Assembly (NCBI RefSeq): GCF_009914755.1
Contig: NC_060946.1
Length of the DNA stretch: 64,000 bases
Strand: one strand, 5' to 3'
Origin: the human T2T-CHM13v2.0 reference genome, Homo sapiens
The position numbers and the translations under genes were made by a program. Below the pieces are notes generated by a model that was not told where the DNA came from, did no database searches, and saw only the letters and a program-made list of their open reading frames with translations. Below, in pieces: positions 1 to 24,189 of the stretch; within the stretch, counting starts at the first letter, position 1, and each line of letters starts with the position of its first letter.

Positions 1-1155
1 AGAGGCAAGTGAGCCCCTGAGGACTCTGGGGGGCCTTTGTGACCGAGCAGCTTTGGGAGTGACCCTGACAGACCTTTACAGGTGGTGCAAGTTTTGACTC
101 CCTTTCTCCTGGCGCGTTAAGCAGAGGATAAGCGCTGTGGAAGGAGTGAAGGTGTAGGGAGATCATGGCCCCCAGAGCAGTGGGGAAGGGGACAGGGAGG
201 CTGGAGGAGAGCAAGGAAAAGGCTCCGTGTCAGGTGGCGCCTTGAGTGGCCTGGGTAGGTTGTCTTGCAGTGAACCCGGGTTAATGGCCTTGACAATGAC
301 CGCATTGTTTCCTGAGCACTGCAGGCTGCCCACACACCTCACACCTCGGCTTGCCTAAGCCCAGAGCAGCCTTGTGAGGTCGTTGTTATGTTTATTTAAG
401 GAAGGAGGAAAGGAGGCAGGTCCCAGGACATCCTGACGTGCTGGAGATCACCAGCCCAGAACCCAGCTCTTAACCCCACAATGTGGGACCTTTCTTCACC
501 CATCACAGACACACCCCATGCTGGTTCACCGTTTTCCTATAATGACTATTTGTGCTATTTATTAGAAAAATCTTTTCCTTATGGATTTGAAAAGATTTAT
601 CTTGCTTTTGTTTTTCTTTTTTGCCTTTCTTTTTTAAGGCAGGCAGGCTCCCGCAGCCCCACCCCCAGGGTGAAAAATATAGTTCATTGTCTAGTAAAAG
701 AGTTCAGAGATACACTTTTTTCTTTGGGTAAGATATACTCTAGAGCTTGTTCTGAAATATGGAATTTGTGTGAGCTGCGGGAGTGGGTGGGTGTGTGGCT
801 CTAGCTCTGGAAAGTTCTTTCCTGGCAGTGGCCAGGAGGGCTGCCCAGCCCCCTCCTGCCTCCTCTGGCAGCTTAAACACAGGACCCCTTATTCTGTGCT
901 CTCTCCTGACCCCTGGTCCTCATGCAGGAGGGAACCCTGCTCTTCTAGGGTCCTTTTCTAAAAGTAGTGTCTTTTAGGTCATTGTCAAGAACTATAATCT
1001 AAAATGTATTTTTAACTCATCTGGAAATTCTGACAGAGGTAAGGCTTGAGAATTTCCTGCATACTAGCCTTGTGGTCTATATAATCCATTAAAAGCCACA
1101 TTTAACCCAATTCCACAGACTGAACTGTGCTTCCCATCTAAATAAATTAAAAGCA

Positions 1156-1588
1156 GGCCGGGCACGGTGGTCACGTGTGTAATCCCAGCACTTTGGGAGG
1201 TCGAGGCGGGTGGATCACCTGAGGTCAGGAGTTCGAGACCAACCTGGCCAACATGGTGGAACCTCATCTCTACTAAAAATAAAAAAAATTAGCTGGGCGT
1301 GGAGGCGTGCACCTCTTAAGCTTAAGGACATATTTCTTATGATCCAATTAATGTAAAATATTTTATTTTTTATTTATTTTTTGAGACAGAGTTTCACTCT
1401 TGCTGCCCAGGCTGGAGTGCAGTGGTGCGATCTTGGCCTGTAATCCCGGCTACTCAGGAGGCTGAGGCAGGACAGTCGCTTGAATCCAGGAGGCGGAGGT
1501 TGCAGTGAGCCAAGATCACACCACTGCACTCCAGCCTGGGCAACAGAGTGAGACTCTGTCTTTAAATAAATAAATAAATAAATAAATA
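1156..1588 (+). mobile_element. AluS element interrupted at 1315-1436 by an insert containing an inverted Alu 3' fragment
   Basis: Left arm ggccgggcacggtgg...gcacct; right arm resumes cctgtaatccc at 1437; (taaa)n tail. Confidence 0.9.
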
Positions 1589-2104
1589 GCGAGGGTTCAG
1601 GGCAGGAGAAAAAGGGTTCCAAATTTGTTCTGAACCAATTCCAAGGAACTTTATGGCACAAAGAAAAAAAAGGGGAACTTACAAAAAGTGACCACACTGA
1701 AGCGTCCTGGTCACCCATCCCTGGTTTTGACCACCAGCCTTTAAAGTGGCAAGCGGGTGATAACCCATTTCTTATTTCCCCCTCAGCATTTCCTCACTGT
1801 TATTCATACATGTGGTCATTTGTACTCATCTCACAATTGTTAAAACCTCTTTCCTCCCTTCCAGGTTTTACTGAACTGTTACTGCGAAGTCTGAGAGATG
1901 AGGTCATTTAAGATTATTTCTTATTTGTAAATTAGATCGTTCATATTTGTACCTAATCTGATCTTTTGGGTAATATTCCTAGTTATGTAGACTGGTCTCT
2001 CAGAAGAGCCGGATATTAAATGCAGTACTTTAAACTTTACACCCAGGAGACCGGATGGGTGAGGCTGGTTCACTCGGCCAAAGTACCATTTTATCTCTGC
2101 TTTT

Positions 2105-3540
2105 TCTTCCCGGCTTTATTGCCATAATTGACATACAATAAACTGCATGTATTTAAAGTGTACAATCTGTTGGGTGTACACACACACGCATCTGTGAAAC
2201 CATCATCACACTCAAAATAGTGATGTAGAAATTTTGCTCCTTAGTTCGACTAAATCTGGGTTCTTGTGTCATGACCAGGAAAAATTAGGCACGTGGACAC
2301 GTTGAAGGGTGAGGAGAGCAGTATTGGGCGAAAAGGAAAAAAGAAAAAAACTCTCAGCAAAGCTAGAGGGGATCCTGCCAATGAGTTCCCAGCTCACAGA
2401 CTGATTAGCAGGCCACCACACATGAGCTGGAGGCCAGGCTCCTCCCGCTGCGCAAGGTGAGAACTTCCCGTGGCTCCACCCCATTCTCCCAATGCCCAGG
2501 TGGGTCCCCGTCCCTTGCGGGCCTGTCCAGACAAGGGAACCCTGGGCAGGTTCCCTCATCTACACAAAAGCACCTGAGGTAAACACTTGTGGGGCAGGTT
2601 GCAGATTCTCTGGGGACGCCCCCCTTCTCTGCCTCCTGCATCTATCAGTAGTGCCTCTGTCTGTCACCCCTAAAGTTTACTTGTGCTGTTTCTAATTCCT
2701 CTTTCCCCAGCCCCGTGCCTCCCTGCCTCCCTCCCCCAGTAAACCATGAATCCACTTTCTATCATTCTAGGTTGCTTTATATTTCCTAGAATTTTATATA
2801 AATGGAATCATACAGCACGTACTCTTTCTAGGCTGGCTTCTTTCACTCTGCAGAATGGCTGTGAGACTCATCTGCATTGCAGCAAGCATCAATAGTTCAT
2901 TCTTCATCCATCATGTGGACATAGCACAGTTTGCTGATTCACGCACCTGTTGATGAGCATTTAGGTTGTTTCTAGCTTATGGCTATTACAAATAAAGCTG
3001 CTATGAACATTCACGTACAAGTCTCTGTACAACCCTCTGCTTTCATTTCTTTTGAATAAATACCTAGGAGTATGACGGCTGGAACAGATGGCAGGTGTTT
3101 GTGTAACTTTTTAAGAAACTGCCAAAATCTTTTCCAGCATTTCAGAAAAATCTTAGAAAATGCTATACTATGTTATATTCCCACTGGCAGTATATGGGGG
3201 AGTTCCAGTTCCTCCATACCCTCATCAACATGAGGCATGATCAGTCTTTTTAATTTTAACCATGTCAGTAGGTGTGTGATGGTCTCTCACTGTGGTGATT
3301 TTTATTTGCACTTCCCTGGTGATTTTGAGCATCTTTTCGTATGCTTATTTGCCATATATCTTCTTTGGTGATATTTCTGTTCAAAGCCTTTGCTCATTTT
3401 TTAATTGAGTTGCTTTTCTACTATTCACTATTGAACACTATTTATATATTTTGAATACAAATACTTTATCAGACATGTGATCTACAAATATTTTCCCCAG
3501 TGTGTGGTTTGTCTTTCTTTTCTTTCTACTGATAGTATCT
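2105..3540 (-). mobile_element. Old L1M (L1MB/MC-like) 3' fragment, split by a solo LTR
   Basis: ctttattgccataattgacatacaataaactgc...aaatggaatcatacag...aataaagctgctatgaacatt, typical antisense L1M 3' end. Confidence 0.8.
2221..2647 (-). mobile_element. ERV1 (MER4-group; MER48/MER61/MER83-like) solo LTR
   Basis: TG...CA termini, 427 bp; minus strand starts TGATAGATGCAGGAGGCAG and ends AACTAAGGAGCAAAATTTCTACATCA; imperfect 4-bp TSD atag/gtag. Subfamily uncertain. Confidence 0.75.
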
Positions 3541-3559
3541 TAAAAAAAAAAAAGAAAAA

Positions 3560-4440
<881 letters not shown>

Positions 4441-4788
4441 CCAGCCTTATATTTTTGAACTCTGTTTAAAACATTTAGGTGCATAAACATTCAGGCTTGT
4501 TATATTCTGTTGATGAACTGAACCTTTTATTATTATGAAATTGCTGTTGTAATCCGTGGTAAAATTATTTGTTCTGAACACTACTTTGTCTGTTATTGAT
4601 GTAGCCACTGCAGCTTTCTTTTGATTGGTGTTAACATGGTATATCTTTTCCCATTCTTTTTCTTTTAACTGGTTTGTGTCTTTATACTATGGTTTGATTT
4701 AAATCTATTATCTCACAATTTGTTCTCTTTGGTACATCTTTGTTTTGTTCCCTTTTCCTCTTTTTATGCCTTCTGTTGAATTAATTGA

Positions 4789-5118
<330 letters not shown>

Positions 5119-5625
5119 TAATTGAGTCATTTTTAAGATTCCACTTTATCTCCTTTGTTGGCTTATTATTTATAACACCTTCTGGTGTTATTTTAGTAGT
5201 TGCTTTAGGGTTTATAGTGTATCTCTCTAATGTCTCCCAGTCTACCTTCCAGTGGTATCATTCTATCTTACAGATATTATAAGAACTTTATGACAGTATA
5301 CTTTCATTTTTCCCTTCATGCATTTGTGGTAATGTTTCACATAATTTTATTTATTTACCTACATTATAAATATTACAATATGTTATTGTTTTACATAGAC
5401 AGCCGGTTATCTTTTTAAGATAGTAGTAAGAAAAATTTTTTACATTTACCCACATAATTACCTTTTCTAGTGCTATATACCTTTGTATAAATCCAGATTT
5501 CCATCTGCTATCATTTTCCTTCTGCCTGAAAGACTTCCTGTGATATTATCTATAATATGGCTCTACTGGTAACGAATTACTAGCTTTTGTATGTCTGAAA
5601 AAGTCTTCATATAACCTTCATTCTA

Positions 5626-6697
<1,072 letters not shown>

Positions 6698-6941
6698 CCA
6701 CTGTCTTCTGGCTTGCATCGTTTCTAAAAGAAACTTGGTGTCATCCTTATTTTTGTTTCTCTACATGTTATATGTCCTCTTTATCTGGTTGCTTTAACTT
6801 TATTTATTAATTTTAGTTTAATTTTTAATTGACAAATAATAATTGTATTTTTATGGGGCACAATGTGATGTTTTGGTCTATGTTTACATTGTGGAATGTG
6901 TAAATCAAGCTAGTGAACATATCCACCACCTCACACACTTA

Positions 6942-7304
<363 letters not shown>

Positions 7305-8392
7305 TCATTGTTAATTATGGTCACCATAGTGGGTAGTAGATCACTAAATCTTATTCTTCCTGTCTAACTAAAACTTTTTTCCTTTTGACCAACATCTCCC
7401 CATTCCCTCCCTCAACCTCAGCCCCTGATAACCACCATTCCACTCTCTACTGCTATGAGTTTGACCTTTTTAGATTTCACATATGAGATCACATGGTATT
7501 TGTCTTTCTGTGCCTGGCTTCTTTTACTTAGCATAATACCTTCCAGATTTACCCATGTTGTTGCAAATGGAATTTCCTTCTTTTTTAAGGCTGAATAGTA
7601 TTCGTGTGTGTGTGTGTGTGCGTGTGTGTGTGTGTGTGTATCACATTTTCTTTATCTCTTCGTTCATTAATGATCATTTAGGATGATTCCACATCAGGCT
7701 ACTGTGTATAGTGCTGCAGTAAACATGGAAGTGTAGACATCTCTTCAGCATACTGCTTCCAATCTCTTTGGATATAAACCCAGAAGTGGGATTGCTGGAT
7801 CATATGTAGTGCTATTTTTGTTTTTTTGAGGAACCTCCATACTTATTTTGCATAATGCTATTCTAATTCACAATACTACCAACAGTGGACATGGGTTCTT
7901 TTTTCTCTACATGCTTGCCAACCACTTGTTATCTTTTATCTTTTTATATATCTGGCTGCTTCTAAATTTTTTTCTTTCTTACCAATTCTGAACCATTTGA
8001 TGGTTTCTTCCTTTATGCTCCTTGTGCTTGAGGTTCATTGAGCATCTGGGATCAGTGCACTTATTGTTTTCATCAAATTCAGAAGATTAGGCCATTATTT
8101 CTTCAAACTTTTTTGTCGTTCTCTGTCTACCTTTGAGAGCTCCAATTATACATACATTAGGCCACTTGAAGTTGTCATTACAGTTCACTAATGCTAAGTT
8201 CTTTTTTTAAGTCTTGTTTCTGTGTTTCATTTTGGACACTTTCTATTGCTACATCTTCAAATTTACTAATTTTTTCTTCTGCAATATCTAATCTGCTCCT
8301 AATCCTATCCAGTGTATTTTCCATATTAGATATTGTAGTTTTCATAACTAGAAGCATGATTTGGTTCTGTTTTCACCCATGTATCTATATAA

Positions 8393-9502
<1,110 letters not shown>

Positions 9503-10409
9503 TGATTTCCTATAAATATTCTTGAACTTTGTTCTGGGATGCAATTAAGTTACTTGGAAAATCTTTGATCCTTTCAGGTCCTGTTTCTCAGCTTCATTAG
9601 ATGGGACTATCACAGTGTTTGTTTTAGAGATAACTTTGCCCCACTGCTGAGGCAAAACCACTTTGAGCTTCACCTGATGCCCCATGACTTCAGTGATCTT
9701 CCACTGTGGGAGGCGAGAGCAGGACTATATCCAGCTCCATGTGGGCCCCAGGCAGCGTTCACTATCATCATTTCAGGTTGCTACTGAAGTATCCCTTTTT
9801 CAGGCTCTCAGCTGGCAGAGCAAATACATATATGTATACATACTAACCTATGTCTATACAGGAATCTATCGGTATTTCTGTCTGTGGCCATCTGTAGCTG
9901 TATGAAGCCAAACATGAGTGTGTGCTGATGTCTCCAGCCCTCATCTGTTACCAGATGGATCGTTCTAGCCTCCTCCACTTGCCTACCTGTCAATTCACCA
10001 TTCCTTGAGTTCATGGTTCATTTTCAGTATACCTGCACAGTGGTATCAGAACTGTTAACCCACACCCTGTGGGAAAAAAACTCCATCAGCTAGAGCACAG
10101 TGTTTACAGCCAGATCCTTTTGCCTTTAGTCTTACAGATTCCAATCATTCCAAATTATTCGGTGCAGCGCCTTTCCGCACCTGCACCCACTTTTTCCCCT
10201 GAGATTGTTTCCTACATTCGTAGCACAGTTAGATTGTTTTGTTACATTCTGCATTTCACCCTGGGATCCTCCAACCTCCTAAGTTATTTTTGTTTTATTT
10301 GCACACATTAGGTTCAATCTGAACTATAAAGTTCTGTGGGTTTTCACAAATGCGTAGTGTCATGTATCCACCACTACATTTTCCTTCTCTCTCTTTCTTG
10401 CTTTCTCGC

Positions 10410-12592
<2,183 letters not shown>

Positions 12593-12949
12593 CCCATTTT
12601 TCAATTGAGTTGTTTGTTTTAAGACCTCTTTGTATATTACCACATGTGTATTGAAAATATTTTCTCCCAGTCTGTGGCTTGTCTTTAATTTTCTTAGCAA
12701 TGTCTTTTGCAGAGCAGAAGGTTTCATTAGCTTTCATAGATTCCAACTTATATTTTCTCTTTCATGGATTGTGCATTTGGTGTTGCCCACACAGATTTTT
12801 ATACTGTATTCTGGTGCCATTTACTGAGTTAACAATTGCGGAAGAACTGGAAGAAAGGAAGCAAACAAAACGAGTTCTGCGTGGCACTGTCAGTGCGGGG
12901 GCATGGGGAGTCCTGCAGGGTGAGGTATGGGCGGTATGGCAAGGCGCGG

Positions 12950-13635
12950 GCCCATAGATGTGCAGGTCTGGAGATGTGTGCAGCGGAGATGTGCGGGCCC
13001 GAGATGTGCGGGTCCGATGTGTGGGTCCGGAGATGTGCGCGTACCCAGAGGTGCAGATCGGAAATGTGGGGGTCCGGAGGAAATGTGCGGATCAGGAGAA
13101 GTGCCAGTCCCGAGATGTGCGGATCGGAGATGTGGAGGGCTAGGAGATGCGTGGGTCCGGAGATGCGCAGATCAGGAGATGGGCGAATCGGAGATGCGCG
13201 GGTCCGGAAATGTGCAGAGCGGAGATGTGTGGATCAGGAGATGTTGGGGGGTCAGGAGATGCGGGGGTCCAGAGATGTGGGGGTCCGGAGATGTGCGGGT
13301 CTGGAGATGTGCAGAGCAGAGCAAAGATGAGCTGATCGGAGATGCCCAGGTCCGGGGATCCACGGGTCCGGAGACGCGCGGGTCCGGAGATGCGTGGGTC
13401 CAGAGATGTGCGGGTCCAAAGATGTGCAAATCTGAAGATGTGTGGATGGGAGATGTGCAGGTCCGGAGATGCGCGGGGCGGAGATGTGTGGATCGGAGAT
13501 GCTCAGATCGAAGATGTGGGAATGAGGAGATGTGCGGGGCGGGATGTGTGGATGGGAGACGCGCGGGCCCGGAGATATGCGGGGCGGAGATGTGCGGGTC
13601 CAGGGATGTGTGATCTGAGGTGTGTGGGTCCGGAG
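12950..13635 (+). repeat. CpG-rich minisatellite, ~16-bp unit GGAGATGTGCGGGTCC, about 40 degenerate copies
   Basis: Recurrent ggagatgtgcgggtcc / ggagatgtgtggatc units. Confidence 0.95.
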
Positions 13636-13876
13636 CTCGGGGTCAGCTCAGCAGCAGTGAGAGCGAGCATGCTGGCTTTGGGAGCACAGCACAATGGCAG
13701 CTGTAGGAGTGCAAGAGGGTGTGACCCAGAGGCAGGGCCCGGCCCCGCATGGGTGTTCTGAGGTTTATGCCTCAGCACTAGAAGCCTCGTATGCGAAATC
13801 ACATCCTCATAGACCCGGTTCAGACACAGGATAGTGATGCCTGGACTATTCATCCGTCTCTCCTCTTTTTCCCCAG

Positions 13877-14037
13877 ACACGCTTTCACCAGCTTCGAGCC
13901 CCTCCTCGGTGACTTATCCTGTGGTCCCCGGCAGCGTGGACGAGTCTCCCAGTGGAGCATTGAACATCGAATGTAGAATCTGCGGGGACAAGGCCTCAGG
14001 CTATCATTACGGAGTCCACGCGTGTGAAGGCTGCAAG
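13877..14037 (+). CDS. PPARA: PPAR-alpha coding exon (end of A/B region, first C4 zinc finger with P-box CEGCKG); exon 4
   Basis: ttttccccag acceptor, AAG|gtagag donor, 161 bp; translates (D)[53 protein letters not shown], matching PPARalpha. Confidence 0.98.
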
Positions 14038-14159
14038 GTAGAGGGGAGCTGGAACAGGGCCTGGTGGCCGCCACCATCAACTACTTATGGTCACTTTTAT
14101 AGCAAATGGCAGTCATTACTGAGAGATTGCAGAAAGTCCCGGATAAGAAACTGACTTCA

Positions 14160-14511
<352 letters not shown>

Positions 14512-14532
14512 TTATAGCACAGAACCCCTGAG

Positions 14533-14718
14533 AGCGTAAGCCCTGTTGTGAACTGCGTATTTGAGGAATCTAGCTTGTACGCCCCTTATGAGAATCTAAT
14601 ACTTGATGTTCCAAGGTGGAACACTTTCATCCTGAAACTATCCCTCCCCACCCCCATCTGTGGAAAAATTGTCTTCCATGAAACCGGTCCCTGGTGGCAA
14701 AAAGGTTGGGGATTGCTG
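14533..14718 (+). mobile_element. MER1B-like hAT-Charlie DNA transposon, 3' half
   Basis: ccttatgagaatctaat...gtggaaaaattgtcttccatgaaaccggtccctggtggcaaaaaggttggggattgctg matches the MER1 terminus. Confidence 0.85.
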
Positions 14719-14803
14719 CTTTAGAGAGTCTAGGACAAATGGTTCCTCTGTGCTTTGTAAATACTTAGAGAAGTGCATTCTTTAAAAGAAAATAAGTCAC
14801 ATT

Positions 14804-15115
<312 letters not shown>

Positions 15116-16519
15116 TAAGCCACATTAAGAACATCACTTCATTCGAATACAAGACAGAGAGCTGTTACCGTTGATCTCTGGAGCCTCCCTGAAGGCCAGG
15201 TGGGGCAGGTGTTCTCATGCTCCTGCCAGGGAAATTGGCCATCAGAGACACAGAGTATCTTGCTTAGGGTCCCACAGCCCCCAGCAGCAGGGACTGGAAC
15301 CAGAGACTGGCTGCTCCTGCTCCCCAGCAGTTCCTTCCTGCACATCAGGGGCTTCTCCACCTGATTCAAGCGACAGGAACCCCCTGTGCATCTTCATCCT
15401 CCTGCTGGCTCAGCCTGCCCTAAACAGATGTGACCTGGGCCAGGAGTGCATGAAGGCAGGCCCTGTTGTCCTGCATGCTGCCAGCTGGACTGGTGGCCCT
15501 TCCGTGTTTGTCAGCGTGGTGATGAGGAGAGCTCCTGTAGCAGCGTCCCTTTAGGGTTGCACAGACGTGCTCAAGTCTGGCGCCTTATGTACGTGATATG
15601 TGGGAGATCATCATCTGAATGTTTGGTTTGAATCAGAAATCCCTTCTCACGGTGCACGCTGCAGGTGTTCACTAACTTGGAAAATGCCACCGCCTTTCTG
15701 GCACAATGTACCATCTTGGAACACCAGCATTCTGCCCTGAGCCAGGCCTGGCCTCAGAGGCCTGGGCCACAGGGAGAACCTCACAGCCAGGACACTGTGG
15801 CACTCTGCTGTCTAGAAGCCTGTCTCCCCACCCTTCCCATTCTAACCCCATGCGTTCCTCAGCCTCCCCACTGTGCAAGCCTAGGTAAGGACATTATGAA
15901 GACGTCAGCCTGCCTCTCACATTCCCCTGCACACTGCTGTCCCTCTCCCGCGGGCCAAGCAGACCCACTGTGGCAAAAATATAGAAGAATGACTTAAAAG
16001 CAAAGAGAAAAAAGAACCCAAAGCAAAAATGAACTCCTTCGCATGTTTTCTAACCATATACCTTTGAAAAAGCTCCTTATAAAGTGGCCTTTTCCTTAGG
16101 GCCATGATTAATTATTCATTTAGTTTTGTTTTTTATGGACTATTTAGTAACATTGTTTCTTGCTGGGTAGAGTTTAAGATGCTTTTACAAAGCAAGAAAA
16201 TTGTTTACAAACAGCTGGCTTCCTTTTATTATAATTTTTGTCTTTGAGGGAGTTAATATACTCTTACAAAAATTCTTAGAAAGTCTTTAGTCACAAATAT
16301 GGAAATGTCACAATGCTGGGGATAGTTACATTCATATACATTGTAACAAGGCTGAGTAACTCTTTGGAAAACTATAATTGTGTTTTCCCAAGTCAGATGA
16401 GGGCATTTTGAAATGACTTCGAATGCTGCCTCATTTTATTGTTTTTCACATTAAATGTAACGACATTTAAAGTTCTGTATTTGTCCTAATCATTCCAGAC
16501 TTCTTAGAAGAACTATTTC

Positions 16520-18066
<1,547 letters not shown>

Positions 18067-18257
18067 CTAGCCAATCATTTAATAGTTTCAGAACATGCTA
18101 ATTGTGATGTGAATGTAAGTCGTTCATAAGAGTTGCATGTCTACCTTCTGGAAAAAGAAGCAGTTATTATATAAACTCATCCCGAAGCCCCGTTCACCTC
18201 CTTCACTCAAAGGTTGATGATGCACCTGATAGTGGTGTGCACCCTACTAATGAGACG

Positions 18258-18321
18258 AACGATGGTGTCACCTTCAGCCTGCACCTGTTAACGATGGTGT
18301 CACCTTCAGCCTGCACCTGTT
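18258..18321 (+). repeat. Perfect 32-bp tandem duplication
   Basis: aacgatggtgtcaccttcagcctgcacctgtt x2 (18258-18289, 18290-18321). Confidence 0.97.
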
Positions 18322-18476
18322 TAAACATCTACAGTGTATGGAGTTTGAGTTTTTCATCTCTCCATAGTGGAAAGCCGAATAGTAATGAAGGATGGGTCTG
18401 AACTGCCTGTGAATTTTCATTCCTGGTTTAAAGTCCTGGGGGAGCCCCTCGTCCAGCCCTGTCCGCGCAGTCATGA

Positions 18477-18782
<306 letters not shown>

Positions 18783-19024
18783 TAAGGACACATGTGTTGA
18801 ATGTTGAGAAAATTATATTTATCCCACAGTTAAGCAAAGGACAGCGAAGATGGAAACAGTTCATTCTGAGACTCTGAGCTGTAGCTTAACAACAACTCCT
18901 TTCTTCTTGCTTGGAGCCACCTCAAAGCTCTTAGCAACTAAGTTATTATACTGGCTATGTAATTAATACACTTAAAAAAAACCTTAATAGCTTACCAAGT
19001 ACTAAGATGATTTCTTAGGAGCAT

Positions 19025-19680
<656 letters not shown>

Positions 19681-19688
19681 CTTTGAGG

Positions 19689-20062
19689 TGTATTAGTCTG
19701 CTATAAAGAAATCCCTGAGACCTGGTAATTTATAAAGAAAAGAGGTTTAATTGGCTCGTGGCCCACAAGGCTGTACAGGAAGCTTCTGCTTCTGGGGAGG
19801 CCTCAGGGAATTTGACTCATAGCAGAAGGTGAAGTGGGAGTAGGCGTCTTGCATGGCAGGAGCAAAAACAAGAGACACACACTTTTCACCCATCAGATCT
19901 TGTGAGAACGCTATCACTAGAGTAGCACCAAGAGGATGGTGCTAAACCATTCATGAAGGATCACCCCCATGATCCAGTCCCTCCCGCCAGGCCTCACCTC
20001 CACCACTGGGGATTACAGTTCACCATGAGATTTGGGTGGGGACACAGAGCCAAACCATATCA
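19689..20062 (-). mobile_element. MST-family (ERVL-MaLR) solo LTR
   Basis: tgtattagtc...aaagaaaagaggtttaattggctc...gagatttgggtggggacacagagccaaaccatatca; near 5-bp TSD tgagg/taagg. Confidence 0.88.
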
Positions 20063-20222
20063 TAAGGCTAGAAAAGGAAACCACTTACTTCCCACTCAAA
20101 ATGTGCTCTTGGTCCTTTCTCCTAAAACTACTCCCTCCCTCTCAGACAAACATGCCTACATTCTTTTTCCGCCTTCAGTGAAAAGACAGTGACATCTTGG
20201 GGCTTAGAAAGGGCCACTTGTA

Positions 20223-22705
<2,483 letters not shown>

Positions 22706-24189
22706 TCACAATTTGGTTTTCTGTAGAAAAAGAGAACCGGGCACTCTTCCGAGAGTCAGATGCCCTCTTCCACCCACACCCACAAAGCCAGAGCACCGCA
22801 GGTACCAGTTTTCAAGGCAACCTCCAACCATCATGTGACTCTTTGTGTTTGATCACACTGTTTGCTCCAAGCCAGGGTTGCGTCCCACCCCATGTCCTTG
22901 TCTGCGCACGGGACGCTGGAGGCACGGCCCCCTCCTCCCTGCCTAGCCTGCTGACGGGCTTTCCAGAGCTGGCTCCTTCAGGTGCAGGATACCCTCTCTG
23001 CTTAGTCTGGGAAAAGGCCCCGTTGGCAGGATGCCCACCACCAGGCCACACTGCCTGAATCTATTGGCAGAGCTCTGGTTTTGTGGCCAAGGTGGGTAGT
23101 GGAAGACCATAGCCTGTGTCCCTTACACATCTCAGAAAGCAACCCCATCTGTGGGCAAGAAATCTGTTAGGGAGACCAAGCAGCGGCCTGGAAACACCTT
23201 GATCTCTGCCCAGTGGCCCACATGCGGTCGCCGTTTCATCAGTTTCCAGCCTGGGTGACCTCACAGCCCCAGCCACGCCCCACAGAGCCTCAGGAAGGCA
23301 CACTGACCTCAGGGCCGGCGGCTGACTTCATTTCTGTTTGGGGATGAGAGGCGGCACAGTAAACTGTCCAGGCCAGTAAACTAATGGATTCATACGAACC
23401 GTAATGAACGTGGGCTGTGTGCTGGGGAAGGCAGGCTCGCCTCCTCCCTGCAGGGGCTGCTGGGGTGAAAGCAACCCTGAAATGTTCAAAGCCTTGATGG
23501 GGAAGCACGGGGGATGGATAGATTTTAATTTCAAAGCAGCCCTCTGGTTTGCTATAAGTGGGGGACTGAATTTCTCTTTGCAGTGGCCAATGCCTTTCTT
23601 CTGTCAAGATCAGCTCGTGGCCTTCAGATCAGATGACGCAAAGCCCCATGGCTGAGCTGGAACAGGCTAGAATGCTGGGGGGGGCCTGAAACCGGTGGGG
23701 GAGTTGTGGGAGGCCTAGAATCAGCCAGGAGGCTTGGGTCGGGGTTGGAACCGGCCAGGGTGCACGGAGGAGGCTGTGGGGGCAGGGGGAGGCCGCTGCA
23801 TGGAGCCGCATAGATGCCATTGCTTGAGGAAAGGTGGGCTTTAGCTGAGGGAAGGAGTGAGGGGTGGATGGAGAATGTCTGTGTCCATCTGGACACTGGG
23901 ACTGTTTGAGCCCCTGAGATTTCAGAACCGTGGGCCAGAAAATGGTCAGGGCCCTTGGTGATGGGGAAGGGCGCCTCTGGGGAACTCACTGCCCCTTGAT
24001 TTGAGGGTAACAGGGATGGAAGCAGAGTCAGGGGGCTGAGGGAGGCAATAAAAATGGGTGCTTTTCAACAGTGTCTAAAAACATAAGATGTTGACCTGTC
24101 AGGGGTTGAGAATGTCGTCAGAAGACTTTGGAGGAAGCAACAGAAAATGAGACTGAGAGGCTTGGGCAGAGTCAGTGCCTTCTGTGTGA

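Noticed and set aside
12950-13635. CRISPR-like repeat array
   Set aside because: Units are directly tandem and degenerate with no unique spacers; eukaryotic context and no cas genes.
12836-13880. Cys/Gly/Arg-rich ORFs of 139-228 aa resembling keratin-associated or metallothionein-like proteins
   Set aside because: Open in several frames because the 16-mer minisatellite rarely contains stops; no splice or promoter support.
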